From Candidatus Acidiferrum sp. (GTDB lineage: Bacteria; Verrucomicrobiota; Verrucomicrobiia; Limisphaerales; UBA11358): a stretch of DNA of 64,000 nt. The position numbers and the translations under genes are program-made. How positions within the stretch are numbered: the first letter of the stretch is position 1; each line of letters begins with the position of its first letter. The stretch spans positions 2,900-66,899 of the forward strand of contig DATJOW010000204.1 in NCBI GenBank assembly GCA_035506715.1. Direction: 5' to 3'. The notes under the pieces were generated by a model. That model made no database searches and was not told the origin of the DNA. It worked only from the letters and a program-made list of their open reading frames with translations. Shown here in pieces: positions 1 through 11,844 of the stretch.

Positions 1-1643
1 CAATTAAAATCAACACTGTTGGTGCCATCGCCGACGTAAAATTCAGCGGCCAAACCGCTCCGGGTCAGGATGCGGGGGCGTTGAATCAATGGCAGGCCGG
101 ATGATTCCAGGTTGCCGACAAACCGCTTGAAATTTTCCGGCGCCACCGACCACCAGGGAGCGCCACTCTGTCTGTCATTATAAAATTGCAGACCGGAAGC
201 AGTGTTTTTGAAATTGAGGCCGGACATCCGGTAAATGCGAGCTTCAATCAACACGCCTTTGCGGAGAGGATTGTTGCGCAAAGGAAGTTCAACCCTTCCA
301 TCAACGCGATTCAGTTGCTCGATGACTTGGCGGAAAATATCCAAGTGTTCCGGTGTGTTTTGCGTGGTGATTTCACCGGTCTGGGTGTTGAACGCGATGC
401 CGTGGGGTGGCGCGCAATTCAAAGTCTCATCGCGCAAAATGTCCAAAAGAATCTTGGTATAATCATCCGTCGGAGAGTCAAACACTCTTTCTGCCTGCGC
501 CTTGACGTTTCGGATGAAAATCACCGGATCCACTTTTACTGTCAGCGACTGTTCGGCGGAACCAGTCCCAGCAGCAGGTGGATTTCCCGCAGAAACAGGC
601 GCCTGATCCATCGGCAACGCCACGGCGCTGAAAATGCAAATGCCGCAAAATGATGCGAGCGTCAATCCTGCCTTGCTGGGCGCGCGAAAATTCACCAGGC
701 GTTCGATCCGTTGCCGCAACGCGCTGCGGGATTCGAGAATGCCCACCAGACCCAGGCTGGCCAGGGGCCGGTGGAACGCCAGTTTCGCAACTTCCAACAA
801 AGTGGGAGCATAAATCTCGGCGTCCCCGCGCAGCGCCAGCATGACGGCGTCGTCCACGGCCTCCTCGCGGACGCGGCAGATTCGTGCGTTGGCCAGCCAG
901 AGCAGGGGATGCCACCAATAAACAATTTGAACCAACGCCTGCGCGCAATTCATCCAGACGTCACCGCGCCGGAGATGCGTCAGTTCGTGCAACAGCACCG
1001 CGCGCAATTGGGAAGACGAGAGCGTCTCCACCAGCGATTGCGGCAACAGAATCACCGGTCGGATCAAACCGCAAACCGCCGGGGACATGGTTCGATCTGT
1101 GATCCGTAAGTTCACTTTCCGGCGCAGTTCTGACGAACGCTTTGCCGAGTCAAAGATTTCACTCAGCCAGGCCGGAGCCGGGGTGGCACGCAGCGCTTGG
1201 CGTGTGACTTGCCACCAGCGCACGATTAGCCAAACCAGCAAGCCAAGGCTGATGCTGCTCCAGCCGAGTATCGTCCACGCTGCGATGGATATTGATGGTC
1301 CCGGCGTCGTTGCGGTGACCGGGGCCATAGTCGGAGCACTGGGCGGCATGTCGTTGCCATAACTCACGACAAAATGGGGTATTTGGGGCTGGACGGGTGA
1401 TGCTGCGGTGGGAAACAGCCACCAGGCGAGACTGGTGGGGAGAGCCAGTGAAGGCGGAAGCAATAGTTTGACCAGCAACACCAGCCACAGGGCATGACGG
1501 ACGGCAGCACGGACATGACGGCGCAGGGTAAAATCCGCGGTAAACAGTACTGCGATTAGCAAGCTTGATTGCCATAGCATCGGCCAGGCAAAGCGGAGGG
1601 CGGATTGGCCAAAATGATTCAAAGTCTCGATTAGCGGATTCAT
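1..1643 (-). CDS. BlaR1-like M56 metallopeptidase/signal transducer with a C-terminal secretin-like region (C-terminus runs off the window start)
   Basis: Absent from the ORF track because it is open at the window edge. Manual minus-strand translation from the ATG at 1643..1641 is stop-free to base 1 (about 547 codons). It starts MNPLIETLNHFGQSALRFAWPMLWQSSLL. It carries BlaR1-type motifs SPAVCGLIRPVILLP and HELTHLRRGD (HExxH). Later segments LIEARIYRMSG and RPRILTRSGLAAEFYVGDG resemble secretin domains. The start overlaps the upstream gene's stop (ATGA). Confidence 0.75.
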   Translation of the reverse strand, partial: MNPLIETLNHFGQSALRFAWPMLWQSSLLIAVLFTADFTLRRHVRAAVRHALWLVLLVKLLLPPSLALPTSLAWWLFPTAASPVQPQIPHFVVSYGNDMPPSAPTMAPVTATTPGPSISIAAWTILGWSSISLGLLVWLIVRWWQVTRQALRATPAPAWLSEIFDSAKRSSELRRKVNLRITDRTMSPAVCGLIRPVILLPQSLVETLSSSQLRAVLLHELTHLRRGDVWMNCAQALVQIVYWWHPLLWLANARICRVREEAVDDAVMLALRGDAEIYAPTLLEVAKLAFHRPLASLGLVGILESRSALRQRIERLVNFRAPSKAGLTLASFCGICIFSAVALPMDQAPVSAGNPPAAGTGSAEQSLTVKVDPVIFIRNVKAQAERVFDSPTDDYTKILLDILRDETLNCAPPHGIAFNTQTGEITTQNTPEHLDIFRQVIEQLNRVDGRVELPLRNNPLRKGVLIEARIYRMSGLNFKNTASGLQFYNDRQSGAPWWSVAPENFKRFVGNLESSGLPLIQRPRILTRSGLAAEFYVGDGTNSVDFN

Positions 1644-2029
1644 CTTTTCGCGGTCCTTTTCTTGGCTTTGATCAGTGACTCCAATTGTGCCAGTTCATCG
1701 GCGCTCAATTCATGGGTTTCGAGGAGGCATTGGACCATCGGGGTGAGCGCGCCGTTGAAGGCGTGCTTCAGGGCGTAAAACAACTCACCGCGTTGGGCCT
1801 GTTCCCGGGTAATCACCGAGCGGTACAGCGTCAGATTGCGGACTTTTTCCGCCGTCAAGAGACCCTTGGCCACCATGCGGTCCATGACCGTGCGCACGGT
1901 GGAATAAGTCCAGTCGGTTTGTGGGCGTAGTTTCTCCTGGATCGCCGGCGCCGTGCAGGGCTCCTCGTCCCAGACGGCCTTGATGATGAACCATTCCGCT
2001 GCGGTCAGTTCGGTGGACGGCTTGGGCAT
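1640..2029 (-). CDS. BlaI/MecI/CopY-family winged-helix transcriptional repressor
   Basis: 129-aa ORF. AAEWFIIKAVWDEEPCTAPAIQEKL...WTYSTVRTVMDRMVAKGLL...LYRSVITREQA matches the penicillinase-repressor pattern. It is translationally coupled (ATGA) to the downstream M56 gene, the canonical blaI-blaR1 layout. There is no C-terminal CxC metal motif. Confidence 0.85.
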   Translation of the reverse strand: MPKPSTELTAAEWFIIKAVWDEEPCTAPAIQEKLRPQTDWTYSTVRTVMDRMVAKGLLTAEKVRNLTLYRSVITREQAQRGELFYALKHAFNGALTPMVQCLLETHELSADELAQLESLIKAKKRTAKR

Positions 2030-2124
2030 GGCGCGACTTTGCTTGACAGTTGTAGAGATGTCAAGTGTAATCTTGACAAATGTAAAGGTTAGGCGGTTGA
2101 AGGACTATCCTCCACCGGCCGGAA

Positions 2125-3012
2125 TCACGGTGCGGGTTGGTGGTCCAACAGGATCAGGAATTTCTTTGCGGCAAAACCGAGCGCGTAAATCATACCCAGC
2201 AGGACCACGTCCGTCGGGCCGACCGGCCAGTCCCATTGGTAGGCGATCCAGAACCCGAGGAAGGAAACCACGCCGCCGATGATGGAAGCGAACACGGTGA
2301 ACTGTTTCATGTTCCGGGCAAACAAATGCGCGGTGAGCGGCGGAATCAGCAGAAAGCCGAACGAGATCAACGGGCCGACACTCAACACCGCCATCGATAC
2401 GGTAAAGCCAATCAACAAATAGGTGACCGCATCCCAGAGGATAACTTTCTTCCGGAGCGTGACCGCAAACGCGCGGTCGAATGAAACCAGCATCAGTTCC
2501 TTGTGAAACAGGCCGAGCACGGCCAGCACCACCGCCAAAGCGGCGGCCGTCAGCACCAGATCGAAATTGGAAATGGTGATGACCTCGCCTTTCAGGAGGT
2601 CCAGCCAGCCGAGCTCTGCATAACGGTTTTTTGACAGCAGCAGGATACTGAGCGCGGCGGCTACGACATAGGCGGTGCCCAGCCGGCCTTCCGGCAAACC
2701 TCGCCCCCGTCGCTCAAAAAAAGCCAGCACCAGGATGGCGGCCAGCGTGAAGAAAATCGATCCGGCGAACGCCAGCGCATGGCCGCTGGGTTCCCCGTGG
2801 GCGGCTGTGTTCATCCCGAGCCACAACGGCAACGACAGCGCCACGGCCACTCCGGTCGAGGAAATTTGCGGCAGCGCCACACCCAGAAAAATCAACCGGC
2901 GCAGGACGAGAAACACCCCGACCAGCGGGCAGGCAAAGCCGATCAAGACACTTGTGTAAACCGAATTCCTAAGCAGGAAGTCCGGAGACAGAATTTGTAG
3001 TAGCGTTTCCAT
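2125..3012 (-). CDS. Metal (Zn/Mn-type) ABC transporter permease, ABC-3 family
   Basis: 295-aa polytopic ORF. METLLQILSPDFLLRNSVYTSVLIGFACPLVGVFLVLRRLIFLGVALPQIS is typical of ZnuB/MntB/TroD permeases. It lies 1 nt downstream of the ATPase gene. Confidence 0.85.
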   Translation of the reverse strand: METLLQILSPDFLLRNSVYTSVLIGFACPLVGVFLVLRRLIFLGVALPQISSTGVAVALSLPLWLGMNTAAHGEPSGHALAFAGSIFFTLAAILVLAFFERRGRGLPEGRLGTAYVVAAALSILLLSKNRYAELGWLDLLKGEVITISNFDLVLTAAALAVVLAVLGLFHKELMLVSFDRAFAVTLRKKVILWDAVTYLLIGFTVSMAVLSVGPLISFGFLLIPPLTAHLFARNMKQFTVFASIIGGVVSFLGFWIAYQWDWPVGPTDVVLLGMIYALGFAAKKFLILLDHQPAP

Positions 3013-3013
3013 G

Positions 3014-3754
3014 TCAGCCTACCTCCATTTCAAGAATTTCTGCCAGGTGTGCCGGCGAGAGCAACTCCGCCGCCGTACCCTGCAGGACCTGGCCCTGATG
3101 GAGCCAGATGACTTGTTGCGCATGTTTGCGGACCAGCGGCAGGTCGTGGGTGACCAACAGGACGGTCAGCTTCCGTTCCGCGTGAATCTGGGAAATGAAT
3201 TCCAGCAGATTGTGTGAAGCGACGGCGTCCACGCCGGCCGTCGGCTCGTCCAACACCAGCACATCGGGGCGGGTGGCCAGGGCGCGGGCGATGAGGACGC
3301 GTTGCTTCTGACCACCGGACAAGCGGCTGAATTTTTGCTGGGCGAACCCGTCCGCCGCCGTGGCGCGCAGGCATTCACGGACAAAATCTTTTTCCGTGCG
3401 CGATGGAAACTGCATTGGCATCACATGGTTGAAAGTGCCCATCAATGCCACGTCAAACCCAGTCAGGGGGTAGAGCGGGTCAAGTTCGGTGGTTTGTGGG
3501 ACGTAACCGAAAACGGGAGCCGACACGAAATGGATGCTTCCGGCCACCGGCGGCAGCAGGCCGAGGAGGGTTTTGAGCAGCGTGGATTTGCCTGAGCCGT
3601 TGGCGCCCAAGATGGCCGTGAAGCTGCCGCGTGTGATGGACAGCGAGATGCCGGACAACACGGCCCGGCCATCATAACCGACGGCGAGGCGGTCCAGGGT
3701 GATGAGTGATTCGGACATACCAGTTTTGTGGCGGCGGTTTGTGACCGCCGCCAT
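3014..3754 (-). CDS. Metal ABC transporter ATP-binding protein (ZnuC/MntA-like)
   Basis: Walker A GANGSGKST, signature LSGGQKQR and Walker B VLVLDEP are present. An alternative start is MSESLITL at 3718. Confidence 0.85.
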   Translation of the reverse strand: MAAVTNRRHKTGMSESLITLDRLAVGYDGRAVLSGISLSITRGSFTAILGANGSGKSTLLKTLLGLLPPVAGSIHFVSAPVFGYVPQTTELDPLYPLTGFDVALMGTFNHVMPMQFPSRTEKDFVRECLRATAADGFAQQKFSRLSGGQKQRVLIARALATRPDVLVLDEPTAGVDAVASHNLLEFISQIHAERKLTVLLVTHDLPLVRKHAQQVIWLHQGQVLQGTAAELLSPAHLAEILEMEVG

Positions 3755-3759
3755 GGAGT

Positions 3760-4671
3760 TTATTTTTTCAATGCGTTTACAAATGAGTTTACGATGTAAT
3801 CCATCTCCGCCATGTACGTGTCCGTGTGGGGGACTCCGCCGGGCATGATGGGCAGCGTGAGGAGGGTGGCGCCGGTCTGGCGGGCAATCAATGCCGGCAC
3901 CTTTTCCGGGAACTGCGGCTCGCGCACCACGATGGGAACGTGTTCGGCCTTCATCGCCGAAACCATTTCCTCAATGTGTTTCGGCGTCGGGTCAATACCC
4001 GGTTTCAGTTCAATCGTGCCAAAATACACAAGGCCGAACCGGTCGGCAAAATACGGCCAGTGTTCGTGGTATGACACGAATTTCGTGCCCTTGAACGGCG
4101 CCAATTGGTTTTGCCATTCAGCGATTTTGGCGTCGAGCTTGGCAAGATAGGCGTCGCGGTTTTTCTCGAAGTCCGCCTGATGATCCGGCGCAGCGGCGGC
4201 GAGCGCGGCGCAGATGGTTTTCACGGCCGATTTCGCCAGCACGGGATCGAGCAGGTAATGCGGATTGCCATACGGATGCACGTCGCCCTCGGAATGATCG
4301 GTGGACTTTGGCACGTCCACGGGCGTGATGCCCTTCGAGCAGTCCACATAGCCAGCGTGGCCGGGCTGGATGCGCGGATTGCGGCTGGCTTCAAGCAATG
4401 CGGGCAGGAAGGCGTGCTCGCAATCGAAGCCGACGAGCACGACGAGATCGGCCCGGTTAAGCAGCGGCACGAAGCTCGGTTTCATCGGCACGCCATGGGT
4501 GTCTTCGACGCCGGTGGCGAGGCTGTGCACCTCGACGGATTCGCCGCCCACATTGCGCGTCAGATCGGCGAGGTCGGTGAGCGTGGTGACGACGCGCACT
4601 TTCGCGGCGTGAACTTGCGGTGCGCCCACCGCCAGAGCGAGGAGCGCGCTAAAAAGCAATTTCGTTTTCAT
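3760..4671 (-). CDS. Metal ABC transporter periplasmic substrate-binding protein (ZnuA/TroA cluster 9)
   Basis: The track ORF (3760..4836) is trimmed to the internal ATG at 4671, which gives signal peptide MKTKLLFSALLALAVGAPQVHA. GDVHPYGNPHYLLDP and the HEHWPYF motifs fit TroA-like metal binders. No long His-rich loop is present, so the metal is left open. Confidence 0.8.
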   Translation of the reverse strand: MKTKLLFSALLALAVGAPQVHAAKVRVVTTLTDLADLTRNVGGESVEVHSLATGVEDTHGVPMKPSFVPLLNRADLVVLVGFDCEHAFLPALLEASRNPRIQPGHAGYVDCSKGITPVDVPKSTDHSEGDVHPYGNPHYLLDPVLAKSAVKTICAALAAAAPDHQADFEKNRDAYLAKLDAKIAEWQNQLAPFKGTKFVSYHEHWPYFADRFGLVYFGTIELKPGIDPTPKHIEEMVSAMKAEHVPIVVREPQFPEKVPALIARQTGATLLTLPIMPGGVPHTDTYMAEMDYIVNSFVNALKK

Positions 4672-4703
4672 TTCAATTCCTTTCCGTTTTGTTTTTTGGG
4701 ATT

Positions 4704-6155
4704 TCAGCGTTGTTGCCAGCCATGCGAATGAGACCCGATGATCCAGCACCATTGAAGATAAACCCCGTCGTTCGGCTGGTAGCCGGTGGCGGAGTTCGGC
4801 TGGGTGTGGGTGTATTGGAGGCGGAGCTGGTTCCAATGGCTGATTGCCCAGGTGAGGTAAGGCGAATAACCGTAAGTCCGCGCGGAATTGTCCTCGTCGT
4901 TCTGGAGGAATTCAAACAGGAATCCGCCGCTCCAGCTTCGGCTCCATTTGTAGGTGAGGTAGGAATACATGCCCCAGGCCCTCACGGCCTCATTGAACGT
5001 GGTGGCGCCGCCATCATTACTGGCAAGATATTGATTGTCGCTGTAAAGCACTTCCGTGCCCCAGGTGAGGCTGTTGAATTGATTGTCACGCAACGGGACG
5101 TAGCTCACCTTGAGATCGCCGTCGAGCACCAGGCGTCTGGTTTCGGTGAGGGTGGTGATGCCGTTCGGCGCCAGCTCGTCGTTGACATTGCCCGAATCAG
5201 GATTGATCAAAGCCGACGCGCCGCACTCAAGCTGCCAATTGGGGGTCAGGTCAAAATAGGTCGAGAGCCGGCCCCAGTAATTGACGGCGCCCATCGAACG
5301 GTAGCTGCCGATAGCGTCAGGCGAATCGCCGAATTGTGTGCCAAAGCCGCCAGTCAGGTTCACGTAATGCTCGATGGGCACCAGCCAGCTCGCCTGCGCC
5401 CCATAGGTTTTGGATTCGCCGTCGATGTATTGGTCCAGCACCATCGGGCGGTTTACAAACGGCAGTTCGTGGTCGTGGATGTAGGCCAGGCGGCCGTACT
5501 CGGCGAAAAACTGCCCCGCCGTCAGCGTCAGGTTCCAGGGCAATGATGTCGTCTGAAGCGCCGCTTCCTCCACGTCCAACGACGTTTCGCCGGTCGAGGC
5601 ATCGGCGGAACCGTTGATGACCACCCAGCCCTTGGCGAACGGATCCACCGAGGCGGACGCGTTCAATTCCACCGAACGCTGGTAGACGTCAAACCCGCCG
5701 GGATAACCCGTGCCGTTTTGCGGCGCCCCCTTGCTCTCCTGCGAGAAGATGGTTTCGCCCACGAAACCGATGGCCGGGTTGAATTCACTCATCAGCGTTT
5801 TTTTCTGTGCGGCGGCCACCTCGTTCACCTTTTCGTCCAGTTCCTTGAACTTTTCCGGCGTCACTGTTTCCGGCGTGCCGGTGAGGTTCGCAGGTGGCGC
5901 GCTGGTGACAGCTGTCGGGGGGGGATTGGTTACGGTTGCGGCCAGTTGTTTCTTGAGCGCTTCAATTTCCGCGTCCTGAGCGGCGGTTTTGCGCTCGAAT
6001 TGCTCCTGCATTTCCTGTTGTCGTTTCTCAAACGTTTCTTGCATCTGCTTCAACCGTTGCTCCACGTCGGCCGGTTGATTTGTCTCCTGGGCCTGGGCAA
6101 TGATGGCGCACAGGCAAAGGGCAGAAGACCACCCTAAAATTGTTTTCAGTTTCAT
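4704..6155 (-). CDS. Outer-membrane beta-barrel (porin-like) protein with an N-terminal coiled coil
   Basis: 483 aa. Signal peptide MKLKTILGWSSALCLCAIIAQA, then an E/Q/K-rich heptad region (EQRLKQMQETFEKRQQEMQEQFERK), then about 370 aa of alternating aromatic/polar segments typical of a barrel. It lies 32 nt upstream of the metal-binding protein gene on the same strand. Confidence 0.6.
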   Translation of the reverse strand: MKLKTILGWSSALCLCAIIAQAQETNQPADVEQRLKQMQETFEKRQQEMQEQFERKTAAQDAEIEALKKQLAATVTNPPPTAVTSAPPANLTGTPETVTPEKFKELDEKVNEVAAAQKKTLMSEFNPAIGFVGETIFSQESKGAPQNGTGYPGGFDVYQRSVELNASASVDPFAKGWVVINGSADASTGETSLDVEEAALQTTSLPWNLTLTAGQFFAEYGRLAYIHDHELPFVNRPMVLDQYIDGESKTYGAQASWLVPIEHYVNLTGGFGTQFGDSPDAIGSYRSMGAVNYWGRLSTYFDLTPNWQLECGASALINPDSGNVNDELAPNGITTLTETRRLVLDGDLKVSYVPLRDNQFNSLTWGTEVLYSDNQYLASNDGGATTFNEAVRAWGMYSYLTYKWSRSWSGGFLFEFLQNDEDNSARTYGYSPYLTWAISHWNQLRLQYTHTQPNSATGYQPNDGVYLQWCWIIGSHSHGWQQR

Positions 6156-6248
6156 ATTGTTTCTCCAACTCCGGCGCCACGCGCCAGGCGGGCACGCCAG
6201 TTCAAAACGAAATAACCAACGGAATTCGATCAGCCGAGGCTGATCGAC

Positions 6249-6578
6249 CTAGGTGAGAGAAGAAACAACTGCGGGAGGGGCGCGGCCGGGGGGAAGATCC
6301 TCAACCGGCGCGCTGAAAACAGACAATGCCTGGTGCGGGGCGGCTTCGCTGATGACCGAGGGTGCAACAACGGGAATGGCCGGCGCGGCTGCATCTACTT
6401 TTCCGTGCGCGAACAAGGTAACGGCGCATTGATGATCCGCCTTGCCCGCGTCGTGGTGAATCAGTTCATGCAGCGCCGGGGCCGCTGCCATCGCGTTCAG
6501 AAACAACACCAAGCCAATCAGCAAAAGGGCGAACGGCAATTTGCCGTACAGCCTCCGATGTTCCTTTGTGAAAGACAC
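6249..6578 (-). CDS. Small membrane-anchored His/Cys-rich protein (putative metal-binding), unknown family
   Basis: 109 aa. One N-terminal TM helix (LPFALLLIGLVLFLNAMAAAP) is followed by HELIHHDAGKADHQCAVTLFAHG. It is the first gene of the same-strand run leading into the metal ABC operon. Confidence 0.5.
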   Translation of the reverse strand: MSFTKEHRRLYGKLPFALLLIGLVLFLNAMAAAPALHELIHHDAGKADHQCAVTLFAHGKVDAAAPAIPVVAPSVISEAAPHQALSVFSAPVEDLPPGRAPPAVVSSLT

Positions 6579-6640
6579 GGCAACGGCAAAGTAGCAACTG
6601 TCGTGCCGTCAGCAAGTTTTATTTTGGGGATGAAGCCGGC

Positions 6641-9703
<3,063 letters not shown>

Positions 9704-9864
9704 AATAAACCTGGATCACACGTTAAAAACAGAATCCTAACCCTACGCGATGGGAGGCAAAGCGTCAAAGCGAATCGCCGGTCAATCCCGGCGGCGCAGC
9801 GGACGACTCGTGGCGGGTCTTGGTGATGGAGCAACCGGATTCTCGAAGGGCGGGTCGGCGGAGC

Positions 9865-10191
9865 TCAGGTGGCGGACGCTGGAGACGGGGGCGGGTTCGC
9901 CCGGGTTGCCGGCGCGGGCTGGGGCGCCATGGCTTCGCGCACGATAAGTCCGGCGCGCCGGGCCGCATCGGAAATGAGCGTGAGATGCGGTTCGAGTGCG
10001 GGATCCTGGCTGTGCTTGGCCAACAAGCGATCGGCGTAACCGCGGATGATCGCAATGATGTTGTTCAGTTCGTGCGCCACCACGGGCGGGATATGCCGGG
10101 CCGGGTCAAACAGGTGGGCGCTCTCATGGGAAGCGCCGGCACTGGCAGCCGACTCCGCCATTTTTTTATAGATGTTTTCAATTGAGGACAT
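9865..10191 (-). CDS. Stand-alone HisKA (DHp) domain protein with no catalytic ATPase domain
   Basis: The track ORF (9865..10359) is trimmed to MSSIENIYKK at 10191. It contains the H-box VAHELNNIIAIIRGYADRLL. It ends after the second DHp helix with a Pro-rich tail. No HATPase_c motifs (N, G1, G2) occur in any frame downstream. Confidence 0.55.
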   Translation of the reverse strand: MSSIENIYKKMAESAASAGASHESAHLFDPARHIPPVVAHELNNIIAIIRGYADRLLAKHSQDPALEPHLTLISDAARRAGLIVREAMAPQPAPATRANPPPSPASAT

Positions 10192-10417
10192 CGTGCAAAT
10201 TACAGCAACTTGCACGCCATTTTCCGCGTTGATAGCCGGGGCCGCCAGCCGTCTCGCGGAGGTGGTTGGTGCGATGTGCAGGCTCCAACGGTTGTATGGA
10301 ACAGGACGCTTTGTACCGGACTGGGACAGGGGACCGGCCGATAAAAAATGGAGTATCAAGCCCGAGCTTTGTTACGCTTCCGTCTTGTTTCTTGTGGCGG
10401 AATTCTTCATGCTGCTA

Positions 10418-11245
10418 ATGACGATGGACGACATGCCCGCCCCCCTCGGCATCATTGCCGGCAACCGCTCGCTGCCGCTGGAATTCGCCCGGCAGGCGCG
10501 CGCGGCCGGCGTCCAACGGCTGGTGGCTGTCGGGGTGGCGAATGAAACCGATCCGGCGCTGGCAGCGCTCGTGGATGACATCGTCTGGCTCAAGGTCGGC
10601 CAGCTTTCCAAGATGATCGCCGCGTTTGTCGACCGCGGTGTCAAGCAGTGCGTCATGGTGGGCCAGATTGCGCCGAAGCACCTTTTTGATGTCCGGCCGG
10701 ATTTGCGCGCGATGTCGGTCCTGTTCCGATTGAAAGAGAGGAATGCCCATACGATTTTCGGCGCAGTCGCGGATGAGTTACAGAAGGACGGCATTGAATT
10801 GGTCGAAGCCACGCCGTGGTTGAAACCGTTGATGCCCGGCGCCGGTTTTCAACTCGGTTCCAAACTGACCAGCGAACAACGCGCGGATGTCGAATTCGGT
10901 TTTCGCATTGCCAAGGAGATTTCGCGCCTCGACATCGGCCAAATCGCGGTGGTCAAAAACGGCACGGTGCTCGCTGTGGAAGGCTTTGAAGGCACTGACC
11001 GGTGCCTGGAACGCGGGGGCGCGCTGGCCGGCAAGACGGGTGGCGCAACCGCCGTGAAAGTGGCCAAGGCGAGGCATGACATGCGCTTCGACATTCCCTG
11101 CATTGGCTCGCAGACGCTGGAAACCTGCGCCCGGGCGGGCATTTCTGTGCTGGCGCTGGAAGCCGGCAAGACCTTGCTGCTGGAACGCGAAGCTTGTGAA
11201 GCGCTGGCAAAAAAAGGTAAAATATCCGTGACGACCATTTTCTGA
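10418..11245 (+). CDS. lpxI: UDP-2,3-diacylglucosamine diphosphatase LpxI (DUF1009)
   Basis: The track ORF 10172..11245 is trimmed to the Met cluster MTMDDMPAPLGIIAGNRSLPLEF; the exact start is uncertain (10418, 10424 or 10433). LGIIAG..LP, VMVGQI.PK, IGQIAVVKNG.VLAVEG.EGTD and FD.P.IG follow the LpxI pattern. Confidence 0.7.
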   Translation: MTMDDMPAPLGIIAGNRSLPLEFARQARAAGVQRLVAVGVANETDPALAALVDDIVWLKVGQLSKMIAAFVDRGVKQCVMVGQIAPKHLFDVRPDLRAMSVLFRLKERNAHTIFGAVADELQKDGIELVEATPWLKPLMPGAGFQLGSKLTSEQRADVEFGFRIAKEISRLDIGQIAVVKNGTVLAVEGFEGTDRCLERGGALAGKTGGATAVKVAKARHDMRFDIPCIGSQTLETCARAGISVLALEAGKTLLLEREACEALAKKGKISVTTIF

Positions 11246-11272
11246 CCGCACCCGCCAACTTAAATCCCAACC

Positions 11273-11779
11273 ATGCTAACTTCCCACGAACTTTTCGGTT
11301 TCATGTCACCCGGCCTGGCCAACGACATCGTCACCTTCACCTTCGAATCCGACAAGCCGACCTACCGCGCCACGCTGGGGGCCGTAGCGCAGGCGCGCCA
11401 TTTGCGCCCGGTGTTCCTCGAACGCCAGCCCCGCCCGCAGCGGCACGCGCTGATGGTGGCCACCCTGTCGCGCCCCGCCTTGGAAACTGCGGCGGGAGGG
11501 CTCATTCGCGCGTGGCTCCTGAAGAAATACGAGGCCATGCTGGAGGATTTCTTAAATGCCCTGGAAATTAAAAACGAAAAAGGAGTGGTGGATTCGCTGC
11601 CTCCGGGCATGGACGACGCCAAATTGAAGTCGGCGGTCGATGTGCTCCTGGCAAAGTACCCGCCCGAAGTGGTGGCGGTTTATCTGAATGCGTTCAATGA
11701 CATGAACGAAGCGAACTGGGCGAATCTGAAAGGCATTTTGGAATCGGATACCCGGCTGCAGTTGGGCGCTGGTGCGTGA
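11273..11779 (+). CDS. Hypothetical protein
   Basis: 168-aa ORF 27 nt after lpxI on the same strand. Composition looks coding. No motif recognised. Confidence 0.55.
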   Translation: MLTSHELFGFMSPGLANDIVTFTFESDKPTYRATLGAVAQARHLRPVFLERQPRPQRHALMVATLSRPALETAAGGLIRAWLLKKYEAMLEDFLNALEIKNEKGVVDSLPPGMDDAKLKSAVDVLLAKYPPEVVAVYLNAFNDMNEANWANLKGILESDTRLQLGAGA

Positions 11780-11844
11780 TTCGATTCGACCGCCGTAGTC
11801 GGGAAGGGAAGCGCCGGCGCCGGAAGCACGATGCCGTTTTGGTT

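Noticed and set aside
478-948. Apparent frameshift or pseudogene in the BlaR1-like gene. My first translation drifted into the frame of track ORF 478..948 (…RGRRDLCSHFVGS…).
   Set aside because: Re-deriving the reverse complement base by base shows ...AVMLALRGDAEIYAPTLLEVAKLAFHRPLASLG... in the original frame, with no stop from 1643 to 1. The gene is intact within the window.
3760-4836. Long N-terminal extensions in many track ORFs. Examples: 3760..4836, 14989..15891, 25230..26828, 37107..38471, 47393..48490, 55901..56893 and 24075..25169.
   Set aside because: In each case an internal Met gives a canonical family N-terminus or signal peptide and removes overlap with the upstream gene. The extensions are Arg/Pro-rich read-through of intergenic DNA.
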